Source: an uncultured Candidatus Saccharibacteria bacterium (GTDB lineage: Bacteria; Patescibacteriota; Saccharimonadia; Saccharimonadales; SZUA-47). Taken from it: a stretch of 34,222 bases of DNA. The DNA is taken from positions 1 to 34,222 of the forward strand of contig CAYVHE010000003.1 in the NCBI GenBank assembly GCA_964451085.1. The letters run 5' to 3'. The stretch's first letter is position 1; every line of letters begins with the position of its first letter. The notes below the pieces were generated by a model. It was given only the letters and a program-made list of their open reading frames with translations. It did not search any database and was not told where the DNA came from. Position numbers and translations under genes: made by a program. Below, in pieces: positions 19,266 through 29,121 of this stretch.

Positions 19266-20378
19266 ATGATAATAGGCTATGTTCTTGATGATACATTGGA
19301 CAAACCTGATGGCGTACAGCAAGCCGTGTTAGACATTGGCATTAAAATGGCTTCTCTAGGCCACGAAGTTCATTATATAGTCACAGAGACGTCTAGGACT
19401 GATATTAAGAATATACACAGTGTTGGTAGGTTTTTTAGTTTAAGATTTAATGGTAATTCGGTGCGGACTCCTTTGCCGGCCTCAAAGCAAAAAATTCAAA
19501 AGCTATTTACAGACATAAAATTTGATGTATTGCATATCCAAATGCCCTATAGCCCTCTACTCGGAGAAAGAGTATTAAGATATGCTCCGGCCGAAGTAGT
19601 CAAAGTTGGAACTTTTCATATTTTGCCCTACAACTTCATTGCTAGAAATGGAACAAAACTCCTTGGAACAATTTTGAGAAGAACTTTGAAAAACTTAGAT
19701 CATAGATTTGCGGTATCTAGACCGGCCTTGGATTTTATGAAGTCTGCTTTTAGAGTTGAGGGTAGCGTATTACCGAACCCAGTGGACTACAAATTTTATC
19801 AAAAGTATAAAAAAAACAAAAAAAGCGACAAAAATGTAATTTTTTTAGGGCGTTTTGACAAAAGAAAAGGCGTTAGACAGCTACTAAATGCTTATAGTGC
19901 CTTGCCTAAAAATATACAAAAACAGACCAAGCTAACCATGTGTGGCAAAGGTCCATTATGGGAAGAAATAAAGCAAAAAGCTACCGAGCTAAAATTGAAT
20001 ATTAATTTGCCAGGTTTTGTGAGCGAAGTACAAAAAGCCGAGTATTTCTCCAAAGCCAATGTTGCGGTATTTCCTTCAATAAGTGGCGAGAGTTTTGGGA
20101 TTGTCTTAACGGAGGCTATGTCAGCTGGTGCAGGAGTTGTTCTAGGTGGCGATAATCCAGGGTATAGCAGTGTGTTGGGCTCTTGGCCCGAAGTCTTGTT
20201 TAATCCTAGTAACACAGCCGAATTTGCTGATAAACTAGAGCTTTTTATAACTGATAAAGATTTACGAACAAGGATTGGACAAGAACAGGCTATGGCCGTC
20301 AAACAGTATGATATAGATGAGGTTATTAAAGAACTATTAGTAGCTTATAAGACAAAAAAAACGGCTAATAGTACTTAA
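19266..20378 (+). CDS. GT4 glycosyltransferase (PimA-like paralog)
   Basis: DGVQQ, GTFH, FLGRFDKRKG, GESFGIVLTEAM. Confidence 0.92.
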   Translation: MIIGYVLDDTLDKPDGVQQAVLDIGIKMASLGHEVHYIVTETSRTDIKNIHSVGRFFSLRFNGNSVRTPLPASKQKIQKLFTDIKFDVLHIQMPYSPLLGERVLRYAPAEVVKVGTFHILPYNFIARNGTKLLGTILRRTLKNLDHRFAVSRPALDFMKSAFRVEGSVLPNPVDYKFYQKYKKNKKSDKNVIFLGRFDKRKGVRQLLNAYSALPKNIQKQTKLTMCGKGPLWEEIKQKATELKLNINLPGFVSEVQKAEYFSKANVAVFPSISGESFGIVLTEAMSAGAGVVLGGDNPGYSSVLGSWPEVLFNPSNTAEFADKLELFITDKDLRTRIGQEQAMAVKQYDIDEVIKELLVAYKTKKTANST

Positions 20379-20444
20379 GATATTGTATTCTAAGCTTAAT
20401 ATCGTCATATGTAGTACAATAATGTTAAAAGAGGTAACAAATCA

Positions 20445-21530
20445 ATGTTTGGTAGAAAAAAAGATGCACAGGAAATAACAATATCTAACGAAACAGTCCT
20501 TCGAGTAATCGGGTTTGGTATCGCAACCCTGCTTGCAATTAGATTTTTAGAAAATATTATCCACCCTTTGACTCTAATATTCGTTTCTTTTTTTCTGGCT
20601 CTTGCTCTAAATCCTGCTGTTAATTGGGTCTCAGAACGATTAAAAAGTCGCAGTAGAGTCCGCGCTACGTCTATGGCATATGTTGCTGTTATTTCTGTTC
20701 TGATTTTCTTTTTATCGCTCATTGTACCACCACTTGTTAGACAAACAACGAATTTCGTACAAGACATACCAAGCACTATTAGCAATCTAAAGCGTGATCA
20801 GGGCGCTGTAGGCGATTTTGTAAGAAAGTATAACCTGGAGGACCAAGTAAATGAATTAGCCAGTAGCTGGTCTAAAAATATCGGTACAGTGCAAAGTAAG
20901 GTAGTCTCCACCGCTAACCGTGTAATATCTAACCTTGTTTCTATTATTACCGTCTTAATACTAACATTCATGATGTTAGTAGAAGGACCAAAATGGCTTG
21001 AATCTTTTTGGAGTCAATATCCTGAAAAAAGGCGGAAGCATGCTAAGAAAATGGCTAGGAAAATGTATGGTGTCGTAACAGGTTATGTAAACGGTCAGGT
21101 ATTAGTTGCCGCCATTGGTGCGAGTTTTTCTATTATCGCTTTGTTTATAGCCACGAGTGTTTTTAATGCGCCGTCAGTTAACCCGATAGCTTTGGGGGGT
21201 ATAGTATTTTTGTTTAGCTTGATACCTACGGTTGGAGCAATATTAAGCTCAATTGTAGTAGTTTTATTTAGCCTATTTGCTAGTGTGCCGCTAGCAATTA
21301 CTATGTTTGTATACTTTATTATTTATCAGCAGATAGAAAATGCCACAATACAGCCATATATTCAGTCTAGAACCAACGAATTGACCCCGCTACTTGTTTT
21401 CCTAGCTGCTATTCTTGGTATAGGTTTTGGTGGATTTCTTGGTGCTTTTATAGCTATCCCAGCGGCAGGCAGTGTAAAAGTTTTAGTAGATGATTATTAC
21501 GAGAGAAAACGTTCCGATATTGAGGGTTAA
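20445..21530 (+). CDS. AI-2E family (PerM-like) transporter
   Basis: ALALNPAVNW, GYVNGQ, IPTVGA, YQQIEN...QP, GAFIAIPAA. Confidence 0.92.
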   Translation: MFGRKKDAQEITISNETVLRVIGFGIATLLAIRFLENIIHPLTLIFVSFFLALALNPAVNWVSERLKSRSRVRATSMAYVAVISVLIFFLSLIVPPLVRQTTNFVQDIPSTISNLKRDQGAVGDFVRKYNLEDQVNELASSWSKNIGTVQSKVVSTANRVISNLVSIITVLILTFMMLVEGPKWLESFWSQYPEKRRKHAKKMARKMYGVVTGYVNGQVLVAAIGASFSIIALFIATSVFNAPSVNPIALGGIVFLFSLIPTVGAILSSIVVVLFSLFASVPLAITMFVYFIIYQQIENATIQPYIQSRTNELTPLLVFLAAILGIGFGGFLGAFIAIPAAGSVKVLVDDYYERKRSDIEG

Positions 21531-22945
21531 ACCCTGTACCAAGTCTGAGCGTTGCTGTTTGAATCTCTAAGGGCTATTTTTTGTTTTAGTAGTTCGTCTC
21601 TTAGTTTATCTGATAGTGACCAGTCTTTATTGCTTCGGGCTTGGGTACGAGTAGCTAGAGTATTTTTTTGTTCTACGGTTAGGTCATTCCGGTCTAGGAG
21701 GTTAAGACCGAAAACTCTATCCAAACTTGTTAATAATTCTTTAAACTTATCGCACTCATTTTGGCCTAAAGAAGAAGTAGAATTATTAGCTATTATCTTA
21801 CTAAGCTCAGCTAGGGCTACAGGAGTGTTTAGGTCGTCCTTTAGAGCATTTAGAAGTGATATATTAAACTGCTCTATAGCCTTAGATACCCAGTTAGAGT
21901 CTTCTGTTGTAGTTTGAAATTGTTTATCTGCAAACTCATTAATACTAGACAGTCTATTGTGAGCTGCTTCTAATATTTCCCAACTAAAATTGCTCTCACT
22001 ACGATAGTGGCTTTCCAAGACCAGAACTCTAAAATCTAGGGCCGAAAAGTTTTTTTCTTTGACGTCGGCAAGTGTATAAAAATTCCCAAAGCTTTTGCTC
22101 ATTTTTTTACCGTCAACCAGTATATGGTTATTGTGCACAAAGTAGTTAGCAAGCTTACTAGCCCCTGCTCCACAAGTTTGTGCAATTTCATTTTCGTGGT
22201 GAGGAAATTTGAGGTCTATGCCACCAGTGTGGATGTCAAACGGAACGCCGAGTAATTTTCTACTCATTGCAGAACACTCAATATGCCAACCCGGGCGCCC
22301 TTCCATGTCGTATTCTTTATCTTTAAAAGTAAATGTTGCTTTCCATGATGGTTCGCCAGGCTGCAATTTCTTCCAAAGAGCAAAATCGCTAACATTATCT
22401 TTATCATACTCGTCATTTTTGATGCGTTCTTCGCTGTTAGCAACTATAATATTTTGCAAAACGCCGTATGTTCTACCCGAATTTTGATATTTATTTATAG
22501 AAAAGTATATTCCATCATTTGCGGGATAAGCGATGTTTTCATCCAGCAACTCTTGGGTAAGTTCAATCATTTCTTGGATAGAATCTACGGCTGAGACAAA
22601 TTCGATACGTTCAATATTATTACCGGTTTCTTTTAAATCTTCTTTGAAAATCTTAGTGTATTTAGTTGTTAACAGGTTTAGAGCTTCTTCGGGACTTGAA
22701 TCTGGGTAATCATGAGTTCCGTCTCTAATAGTCTTATCATCAACGTCGGTGATATTCATAACCTGCCTTACATTATAGTCAAACTCTAGTACTCTCCTTA
22801 GCGTGTCGGCATAGATAAATGCTGAAAGGTTGCCAATGTGCAGTAAATTATAAACCGTTGGTCCACAGCTATAAATACTCACTTTATTATCGTTAATCGG
22901 GACAAAGGTCTCGGTTTTTTTAGTTAATGAGTTGTATAGGTTCAT
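21527..22945 (-). CDS. cysS: Cysteine--tRNA ligase
   Basis: YSCGPTVY, HIGN, NITDVDDK, DFALWK, GRPGWHIECSAM, FPHHENE, KMSKS. Confidence 0.97.
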   Translation of the reverse strand: MNLYNSLTKKTETFVPINDNKVSIYSCGPTVYNLLHIGNLSAFIYADTLRRVLEFDYNVRQVMNITDVDDKTIRDGTHDYPDSSPEEALNLLTTKYTKIFKEDLKETGNNIERIEFVSAVDSIQEMIELTQELLDENIAYPANDGIYFSINKYQNSGRTYGVLQNIIVANSEERIKNDEYDKDNVSDFALWKKLQPGEPSWKATFTFKDKEYDMEGRPGWHIECSAMSRKLLGVPFDIHTGGIDLKFPHHENEIAQTCGAGASKLANYFVHNNHILVDGKKMSKSFGNFYTLADVKEKNFSALDFRVLVLESHYRSESNFSWEILEAAHNRLSSINEFADKQFQTTTEDSNWVSKAIEQFNISLLNALKDDLNTPVALAELSKIIANNSTSSLGQNECDKFKELLTSLDRVFGLNLLDRNDLTVEQKNTLATRTQARSNKDWSLSDKLRDELLKQKIALRDSNSNAQTWYRV

Positions 22946-22947
22946 TG

Positions 22948-23952
22948 CTATCCTTTTTTAGGTAAGTTAGAAAGTAACTCGTCTACTTTTTTGTTAACTC
23001 TGGCCTTTAGATCTTTAATTTCTGTGGCTTTTAGAATCTTGAAACCGGCAGCGTATTTGTGCCCGCCACCGCCAAATTCTGCAGCCAAATCGCCAGCAAT
23101 TGGGAAGCCATAGTTTGCTCTAAGTTTAGCGGTAATTTTACCATCAGAATATACTTTATAACCAATAGCAATTACTACACCCTCTGTCATTCGCATATCA
23201 TCAATTACTAGCATTGTTGGGTTATAAAGTGGACTAAATTCTTGGATCTCATTCCAGGGTATCGTTACCGATGCTATCTTTCCATTGCTTGAAAACTCTA
23301 CTCTTTGTAACAGTTTGCCCTTATAAGGGATTAATACGGGATTTTTCTTCATTAGCTCTCGCCTTAGTGAGTCAAGTTTTGCAAGACTAACCCCTTTTTC
23401 TACAAGACTTGCCATTGTTTTGAATGTTTCTGCCGTCGCAGATTCAGTTGTTAGTCCAAGGCTGTCAGACATTATTGATGTTGCTAACATTTCCAGGCCA
23501 TCAAGAGGTAACGGCCAATTAAGATCACTAGCGATTTTGAAAATTAATTCCCCAGTCGCAGACAGAGGTTCGTTGTAACTATGTGTGGCAAAGGAAATAC
23601 CAGAGCTATCGGTGTGGTGATCTAAGACAATTAAAGGCTTTGTTTTGATCCATTCAAATCCTCGATTCCCGGAGGCATTTTCGAACAGACTTTCGGTTGA
23701 TGTATCTACAATGATTGTTGCATCAAATTGTTGTGGAATATCTTTTACTACTCTGTCCCAACCATTTAAGTATTTAAGATGGGCCGGCATATCTATCGAA
23801 CAAACCATAATGACGGTTTTGCCCATGTCCGATAAGATAGCTTCTAGCCCCAAAGAACTACCCAAAGAATCTCCGTCGGGGTTATCTGCCTGAAGAACAA
23901 CTATCGTAGTTGCCTGGGATATAATTTTATCTATTGGACTATATTTACTCAT
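22948..23952 (-). CDS. DHH/DHHA1 phosphoesterase (NrnA-like)
   Basis: NPDGDSLGS, IVD, LDHH, GGGGHKYAAG. Confidence 0.92.
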   Translation of the reverse strand: MSKYSPIDKIISQATTIVVLQADNPDGDSLGSSLGLEAILSDMGKTVIMVCSIDMPAHLKYLNGWDRVVKDIPQQFDATIIVDTSTESLFENASGNRGFEWIKTKPLIVLDHHTDSSGISFATHSYNEPLSATGELIFKIASDLNWPLPLDGLEMLATSIMSDSLGLTTESATAETFKTMASLVEKGVSLAKLDSLRRELMKKNPVLIPYKGKLLQRVEFSSNGKIASVTIPWNEIQEFSPLYNPTMLVIDDMRMTEGVVIAIGYKVYSDGKITAKLRANYGFPIAGDLAAEFGGGGHKYAAGFKILKATEIKDLKARVNKKVDELLSNLPKKG

Positions 23953-23981
23953 GCTTTATTGTTTTTAGTATACCATCAGTT

Positions 23982-24602
23982 TTAGTCATCACGGCTTATT
24001 AGCGGTTGGCGACCTTCAAGTGCGCGGCTTAATGTAATCTGATCAGCATATTCTATGTCAACACCAATGGGCAATCCTCGCGCCAGTCGGGTAACCTTTA
24101 TTTTTGTACCATCAAGTTGTTGTTGAATGTATAGTGCCGTAGTTTCACCCTCAACACTCGCATTTGTAGCGAGAATAATTTCTTTAACTTTATCTTTATT
24201 GATTCTATCTAATAGTTCAGGTATGTGTAGCTGTTCCGGGGTAATACCGTCTAAAGGAGAAATTAATCCACCTAATACATGGTAGGTGCCTTTGAACATT
24301 GATGTCTTTTCTAGAGCAACTATATCAAATGGCTCCGCTACTAATGCTACAACTTGTTTATCGCGGTTTGGGTCTTCATACAATGGCGATATGCTATCAG
24401 TTGTATCTATAAGAGCAAAGGTTATGGGGCAGTACTTCACATCCGTGTGGAGTTTATCAAGCATAGCAGATATCTTGGAACTTTTTGTAGTATCGGCTTT
24501 TAATAAAAAATACGCATAACGCTCGGCGCTACGTGGTCCTACACCTGGCAATTGTGCCAATGCTTCAATAACGTCTTCTAATGCTTTTGGTAGAACTCTC
24601 AA
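23982..24602 (-). CDS. recR: Recombination mediator RecR
   Basis: LPGVGPRSAER, YHVLGG, EIILATN...EGETTA, TRLARGLPIG; TTG start. Confidence 0.96.
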   Translation of the reverse strand: MRVLPKALEDVIEALAQLPGVGPRSAERYAYFLLKADTTKSSKISAMLDKLHTDVKYCPITFALIDTTDSISPLYEDPNRDKQVVALVAEPFDIVALEKTSMFKGTYHVLGGLISPLDGITPEQLHIPELLDRINKDKVKEIILATNASVEGETTALYIQQQLDGTKIKVTRLARGLPIGVDIEYADQITLSRALEGRQPLISRDD

Positions 24603-24646
24603 TATCTTTCCCTATTTATAATATTTGCTTAACTTATCTGTCTAGG

Positions 24647-24940
24647 TTACATACCTAAGTTACCGAGACCGCCCATCATAGGCTGCATTTTTTCGGCTGC
24701 CATTTTTTGACTTTGAGCTATTGCTGCTTTTACAGCTTCTTCTACCCAGTTTTCTAGCTGTCCTATATCTTCAAGGTCTATATAATCAGGATCGATAGTT
24801 ATGTTTTTTATCTTCATCTCCCCGTTTACTTCTACTACAACCGCACCATCCCCAGCTTCAGCTCGTACAATTTCTTTCTGTAGTTCCTTTTGAACTTTGC
24901 GCATTTTCATAAGCATTTTAGCTTGGTCAAATCTACTCAT
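24647..24940 (-). CDS. ybaB: YbaB/EbfC nucleoid-associated protein
   Basis: AEAGDGAVVVEVNGEM...ITID; directly upstream of recR, the conserved arrangement. Confidence 0.92.
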   Translation of the reverse strand: MSRFDQAKMLMKMRKVQKELQKEIVRAEAGDGAVVVEVNGEMKIKNITIDPDYIDLEDIGQLENWVEEAVKAAIAQSQKMAAEKMQPMMGGLGNLGM

Positions 24941-24963
24941 TTTTTGGTTCCCCTTTTATACTA

Positions 24964-26178
24964 TTATTGTATCAGACGCGACTGGTTATATACGTTTCTA
25001 ACACTAGGTGTTTGTGGCCATACTACAAAGAATCTAGTCAGCTGATAAAAAATGCTAATTAGTACTATTAGAGCAATAAACATAAATCCAAAACTTCTGG
25101 CAAACGGGTTTCTTGGAAAGACAGAGTACCATAGGTCCAATAAATAACATATCCCTGAGTTAATTACTGCGTATACGAATGGCAATAATAGTATAACGGC
25201 TATTGTAACCTGGCCTAGAGCACCAATTATTATGCTAAATAATGTGCTAATTATCATAATTCTTGTTCTCTCAAGCTTCATGTGTTTTTGGTAAGAATAG
25301 AGACCGATAAAGAATAATCCACCAGATGCAATATCGAAAATAGGCAATCTACCAACGCCTATTATAGGGTTTATTGGTGATCTATATATGAATGCTGACG
25401 GAACTCTTAATATGTCCTTTGGTACTGTCCCCCAGTCAATGCGGGAAGGAAGTAATAACCATTGTTTGAATAATTCCCCATCTTGGATGAAAGGTATTAC
25501 CAGTGGAGCAAGCACCAATAAGAAACCCACAATACTAGCTATCATTGCACCCTTTGTAATTTTTTTTAAAGTCTTTTTAGTTTTATTTCCAAATATCACA
25601 AACAACAAGACAAAGAAATATAGAGCTCCAGGAACATAAAGCAAAATAGCTGATGAGCCGGCCAGCATAATTGGTGCAACTCGCTTAGACTTACCGTGTT
25701 GTAGCCACATAAGTAACGTAATGATTAGTGACCAGCCAAAAAGTAGCACCAGAGGTGTTGCTAACCTTCCGACTGCCAACACTGTGGCATTTGTAGCGAA
25801 CATTGCACTACTAAGCAGTGCCGTTCTGTCGCTATGCCAGCGTTTAAGCGTCCTGTACAGGCCTATAGTAGTCAATCCAAAGAAAACTACACTTAGAGCA
25901 CGCAACGCCCGGATACTGTCTGATAATTGGTTTATCACAAAAGAGGTTAGTTTATACGGAAGGTATATTGGGTTTGAACCTATGTCAGAGAAGTTTTGTG
26001 TTTGCTGCATTGTAGCGACTTCTTGAGAACTTGAATTAGCTGGGATAATGCTTAGCTGGAAAATGAATATTATAAGTATTGCAATTAACACTAGTGTATA
26101 AATAGTTTGTCGACGCCAAAAAGTTATCTTTAGCCATCGCCAAAACTCCAACAATTTCGGTTTTATATTAATACTCAC
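24964..26178 (-). CDS. Polytopic membrane protein, probable GT-C (family 39-like) glycosyltransferase
   Basis: About 10 TM segments; N-terminal loop with PIYLPY followed by ALRALSV, a PMT/ArnT-like layout; GTG start. Confidence 0.6.
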   Translation of the reverse strand: MSINIKPKLLEFWRWLKITFWRRQTIYTLVLIAILIIFIFQLSIIPANSSSQEVATMQQTQNFSDIGSNPIYLPYKLTSFVINQLSDSIRALRALSVVFFGLTTIGLYRTLKRWHSDRTALLSSAMFATNATVLAVGRLATPLVLLFGWSLIITLLMWLQHGKSKRVAPIMLAGSSAILLYVPGALYFFVLLFVIFGNKTKKTLKKITKGAMIASIVGFLLVLAPLVIPFIQDGELFKQWLLLPSRIDWGTVPKDILRVPSAFIYRSPINPIIGVGRLPIFDIASGGLFFIGLYSYQKHMKLERTRIMIISTLFSIIIGALGQVTIAVILLLPFVYAVINSGICYLLDLWYSVFPRNPFARSFGFMFIALIVLISIFYQLTRFFVVWPQTPSVRNVYNQSRLIQ

Positions 26179-26199
26179 GTTGACATCAATTATAACAGA

Positions 26200-27564
26200 C
26201 TACTTATCAAATGGCTCGTCATGTTTTTTATCCAAATTAAGCATTTTTTGACGTTCACGGTCAAAGTAAATCTCTACTCTACCGGTTGGTCCATTTCGAT
26301 GCTTTTTTATGAATATATCTAATATATTTGGCTTCTCACTGGTGTCCGGGTTGTAATAATCGTCTCGATAGAGAAACATTACTACATCTGCATCTTGCTC
26401 AATTGACCCAGACTCTCTTAGGTCTGATAACTGTGGGATTTGTGGGTTTCTGCTTTCAACAGATCGACTTAACTGCGACAAGGCAATGACTGGGACGTTC
26501 AATTCTCGGGCTACACTTTTTAGGCCTCTAGATATTTCAGAAATTTCTTGTACACGATTTGAATCTCCTCCAAACCGACTGCCCCCGCTCATAAGCTGCA
26601 AATAATCTACTATTATTAGACCTAATTCTCGTTTATGAGCTTCCCTACGGGCTTTAGTCCGAAGGTCACTGACGGTAATTCCTGGTGTATCGTCGATAAA
26701 CAATTGAGCTTCGCTCAAAGAACCCATAGCATGACCTATTTTTTCAAAATCGTTATCAGTTAAGTTACCGGTTCGTAAGTTCCACGAATTTACACCAGCT
26801 TCAGACGCAAGAATTCTATCAACTAGCTGTTCTTTGCTCATCTCTAGGGAAAACAGTAAAACTGGCTTATTAGATTTTACTGATATATTTTGTGCAAGGT
26901 TAAGAGCCAATGCAGTTTTTCCCATGGAAGGTCTTGCAGCTAAAATTACTAAATCGCTTTTTTGAAATCCAGCAAGATTAGCATCTAAATCTTTAAAACC
27001 TGAGGGTACTCCTCTGATCGAGCCTTTATCTTTGTGTAGGGCATCTAATCTGTCGAAACTCTCAGACAATATATCTTCCAGGCTAATTATGTCGTTGCCA
27101 ACATGGCGTTGGCTGACCTCAAATAATTTTGCTTCGGCTTCTTCGACTAATTCGGCTATACTACGTTTTTCATCGTGACCTATGTCGGCAATTTCTTGGC
27201 TGGCACTAATTAATCGCCTTCGGATAGATTTTGTCGCAACTACAGCTGCATATTGTTCAGCATTGGCAGAAGTTGGAACAGTGTTTGTAAGCTGTGTAAC
27301 ATATGCACTACCGCCAACATCTTTAAGAACACCTTCTGATCGCAATTCTTCGCTTAATGTTAATACATCAATTGGCGATTGTTCCTCATAGAGCCTTAAG
27401 CAGGCCTCGTAGATTAATCGGTGTTTCTCATCATAAAAATCAATGGGTCTGATAATGTCTGCAACCTTAATTATTGCATCAGCGTCGATTAGTATTGCCC
27501 CGAGTACGCTGGCTTCCATATCGACGTTTTGTGGTGTTTTACCGGAAGTGTCTTGCATTGCCAT
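26200..27564 (-). CDS. dnaB: Replicative DNA helicase
   Basis: AARPSMGKT, FSLEMS, IIVDYLQLM, LSQLSR, LRESGSIEQDAD, KHRNGPTG; no intein. Confidence 0.98.
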   Translation of the reverse strand: MAMQDTSGKTPQNVDMEASVLGAILIDADAIIKVADIIRPIDFYDEKHRLIYEACLRLYEEQSPIDVLTLSEELRSEGVLKDVGGSAYVTQLTNTVPTSANAEQYAAVVATKSIRRRLISASQEIADIGHDEKRSIAELVEEAEAKLFEVSQRHVGNDIISLEDILSESFDRLDALHKDKGSIRGVPSGFKDLDANLAGFQKSDLVILAARPSMGKTALALNLAQNISVKSNKPVLLFSLEMSKEQLVDRILASEAGVNSWNLRTGNLTDNDFEKIGHAMGSLSEAQLFIDDTPGITVSDLRTKARREAHKRELGLIIVDYLQLMSGGSRFGGDSNRVQEISEISRGLKSVARELNVPVIALSQLSRSVESRNPQIPQLSDLRESGSIEQDADVVMFLYRDDYYNPDTSEKPNILDIFIKKHRNGPTGRVEIYFDRERQKMLNLDKKHDEPFDK

Positions 27565-27566
27565 AT

Positions 27567-29045
27567 CTACGATTCTAACAGTTCCGCACTGCCAAAGATA
27601 TTGCTCACGCTTTCCAAAACGTCATTATCTACTTTTTTGGAGATATTTTTGGAAGAAGTTTTGGTTTTTTTAACTACGGTTACTTCTACTGAGTAGTTTT
27701 TACCAAAATCTTTTGCTATTATTTTGTTCAGTACAGCCATGTTTTTTGGTTGTAATAATTGTTTCTTATGAAATTCAAAGTTAAACACAATTCTCACTTT
27801 GCCTTCTTCAAAAGTAACATTAGCCATTCTCATAATTCCGTACAAAGTGTTGTGGTCTCCTTTAAGCTGGCTTAAAATACTATCCCATATTTGTCTGTCA
27901 CCGCGCTCTGGAGGAGTGTCCTGATCCGTCATGTTTAGAGCTTCACGGATGTCATCTGTAGGCAGGACTGCTATTGTCTCTTTTTGAGTTGGAGCTTGGT
28001 CCACAGGGACATCTGTTTTAATGGGTTTAGTATCTTGTAGTAAATTCTTTGATTTTCTTTTTGGAACAGATTCTGAACTACCGTCTACCTTCAAATTATC
28101 TAAGAGTGCAATTTCTATACCCTCATAAGTACCGCCGCTACCAGTAATAGATAGAAGATTTTTCATTATGTTAATACTCGTTTTTTGATCCAAAATCGAA
28201 TCAGAGGAGTTAAATTGCTTTCGCAAAGTAGAAATTAAGTATTTTGCGATTGCTCCAGGGTTTGCGCCCTGCTCTCTTAAGTTTTGAATAGTGTCAAATA
28301 GCTCTTTGCTATCATTTTTCGCTATGTTAATTAGTAACTGATTAAGTAATGTGTCGCTTGGAATGCCTAAAAGTTCAATTGCTTTATCTTTAGTGATTTC
28401 GTCGTAGCCGAATCCAGAAATTTGATCTAGCATGCTAATGCTGTCTCTAAAACTTCCTTGCCCATGCTCAGCTAAAATCTCTAAAGCGTCCTCTGTTATA
28501 TTAATACCCTCTTTCTTTGCTATTTTCGCAAGGTGTTTTACAGCTAAATCATTAATTATTGGTTTAAAAGAGTACCTTTGAGTCCTGCTTATTATTGTTG
28601 CTGGTACTTTGTGGGCTTCAGTTGTGGCTAGTATAAATATAGCGTGATCTGGTGGTTCCTCTAATGTTTTCAGAAGTGCGTTAAAGGCCTCTCTTGTTAA
28701 CATATGGACTTCATCAATTATGTATACTTTATATTTTGATGATGTTGGAGCTATGTGTACTTTATCTCGCAACTCTCTAATCTCATCAATACGCCTATTG
28801 CTTGCTGCGTCAATTTCTATAATATCTATATTAAATTTTTCGTCATCATATTTAAGTTTATTAACCTCATGCGCAAGAATCCTTGCAACTGAAGTCTTCC
28901 CTACGCCTCTTGGTCCAGTAAAGAGGTACGCGTGGGAAACAGCGCCTTTTTTTAGTGCGTTTTTTAGAGTATCGGTAATATGTTCTTGCCCTACTACCTC
29001 GTCTAAAGACCGTGACCGGTATTTTCTATACAGTGCTTTCCCCAT
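27567..29045 (-). CDS. dnaX: DNA polymerase III subunit gamma/tau
   Basis: ALYRKYRS, GPRGVGKTS, EIDAAS, IIDEVHML, NALLKTLEEPP, TIISR. Start moved to MGKAL (29045). Confidence 0.96.
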   Translation of the reverse strand: MGKALYRKYRSRSLDEVVGQEHITDTLKNALKKGAVSHAYLFTGPRGVGKTSVARILAHEVNKLKYDDEKFNIDIIEIDAASNRRIDEIRELRDKVHIAPTSSKYKVYIIDEVHMLTREAFNALLKTLEEPPDHAIFILATTEAHKVPATIISRTQRYSFKPIINDLAVKHLAKIAKKEGINITEDALEILAEHGQGSFRDSISMLDQISGFGYDEITKDKAIELLGIPSDTLLNQLLINIAKNDSKELFDTIQNLREQGANPGAIAKYLISTLRKQFNSSDSILDQKTSINIMKNLLSITGSGGTYEGIEIALLDNLKVDGSSESVPKRKSKNLLQDTKPIKTDVPVDQAPTQKETIAVLPTDDIREALNMTDQDTPPERGDRQIWDSILSQLKGDHNTLYGIMRMANVTFEEGKVRIVFNFEFHKKQLLQPKNMAVLNKIIAKDFGKNYSVEVTVVKKTKTSSKNISKKVDNDVLESVSNIFGSAELLES

Positions 29046-29121
29046 GTGTACGGTATAGTATGACAAATAATGCTCGATTAATGTAGTTTTTAATAAACAA
29101 CGCTCTTGAAAACTAGTAGAA

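Noticed and set aside
88-28720. Numerous antisense ORFs in the track (e.g. 88..426, 621..920, 6010..6366, 19892..20302, 20405..20785)
   Set aside because: They are shadows of well-supported genes on the opposite strand and carry no motifs.
28946-28953. A7G run in dnaX as a possible gamma/tau frameshift site
   Set aside because: It lies about 30 codons into the gene, far from where a gamma-producing shift would occur, and no stimulatory hairpin is evident.
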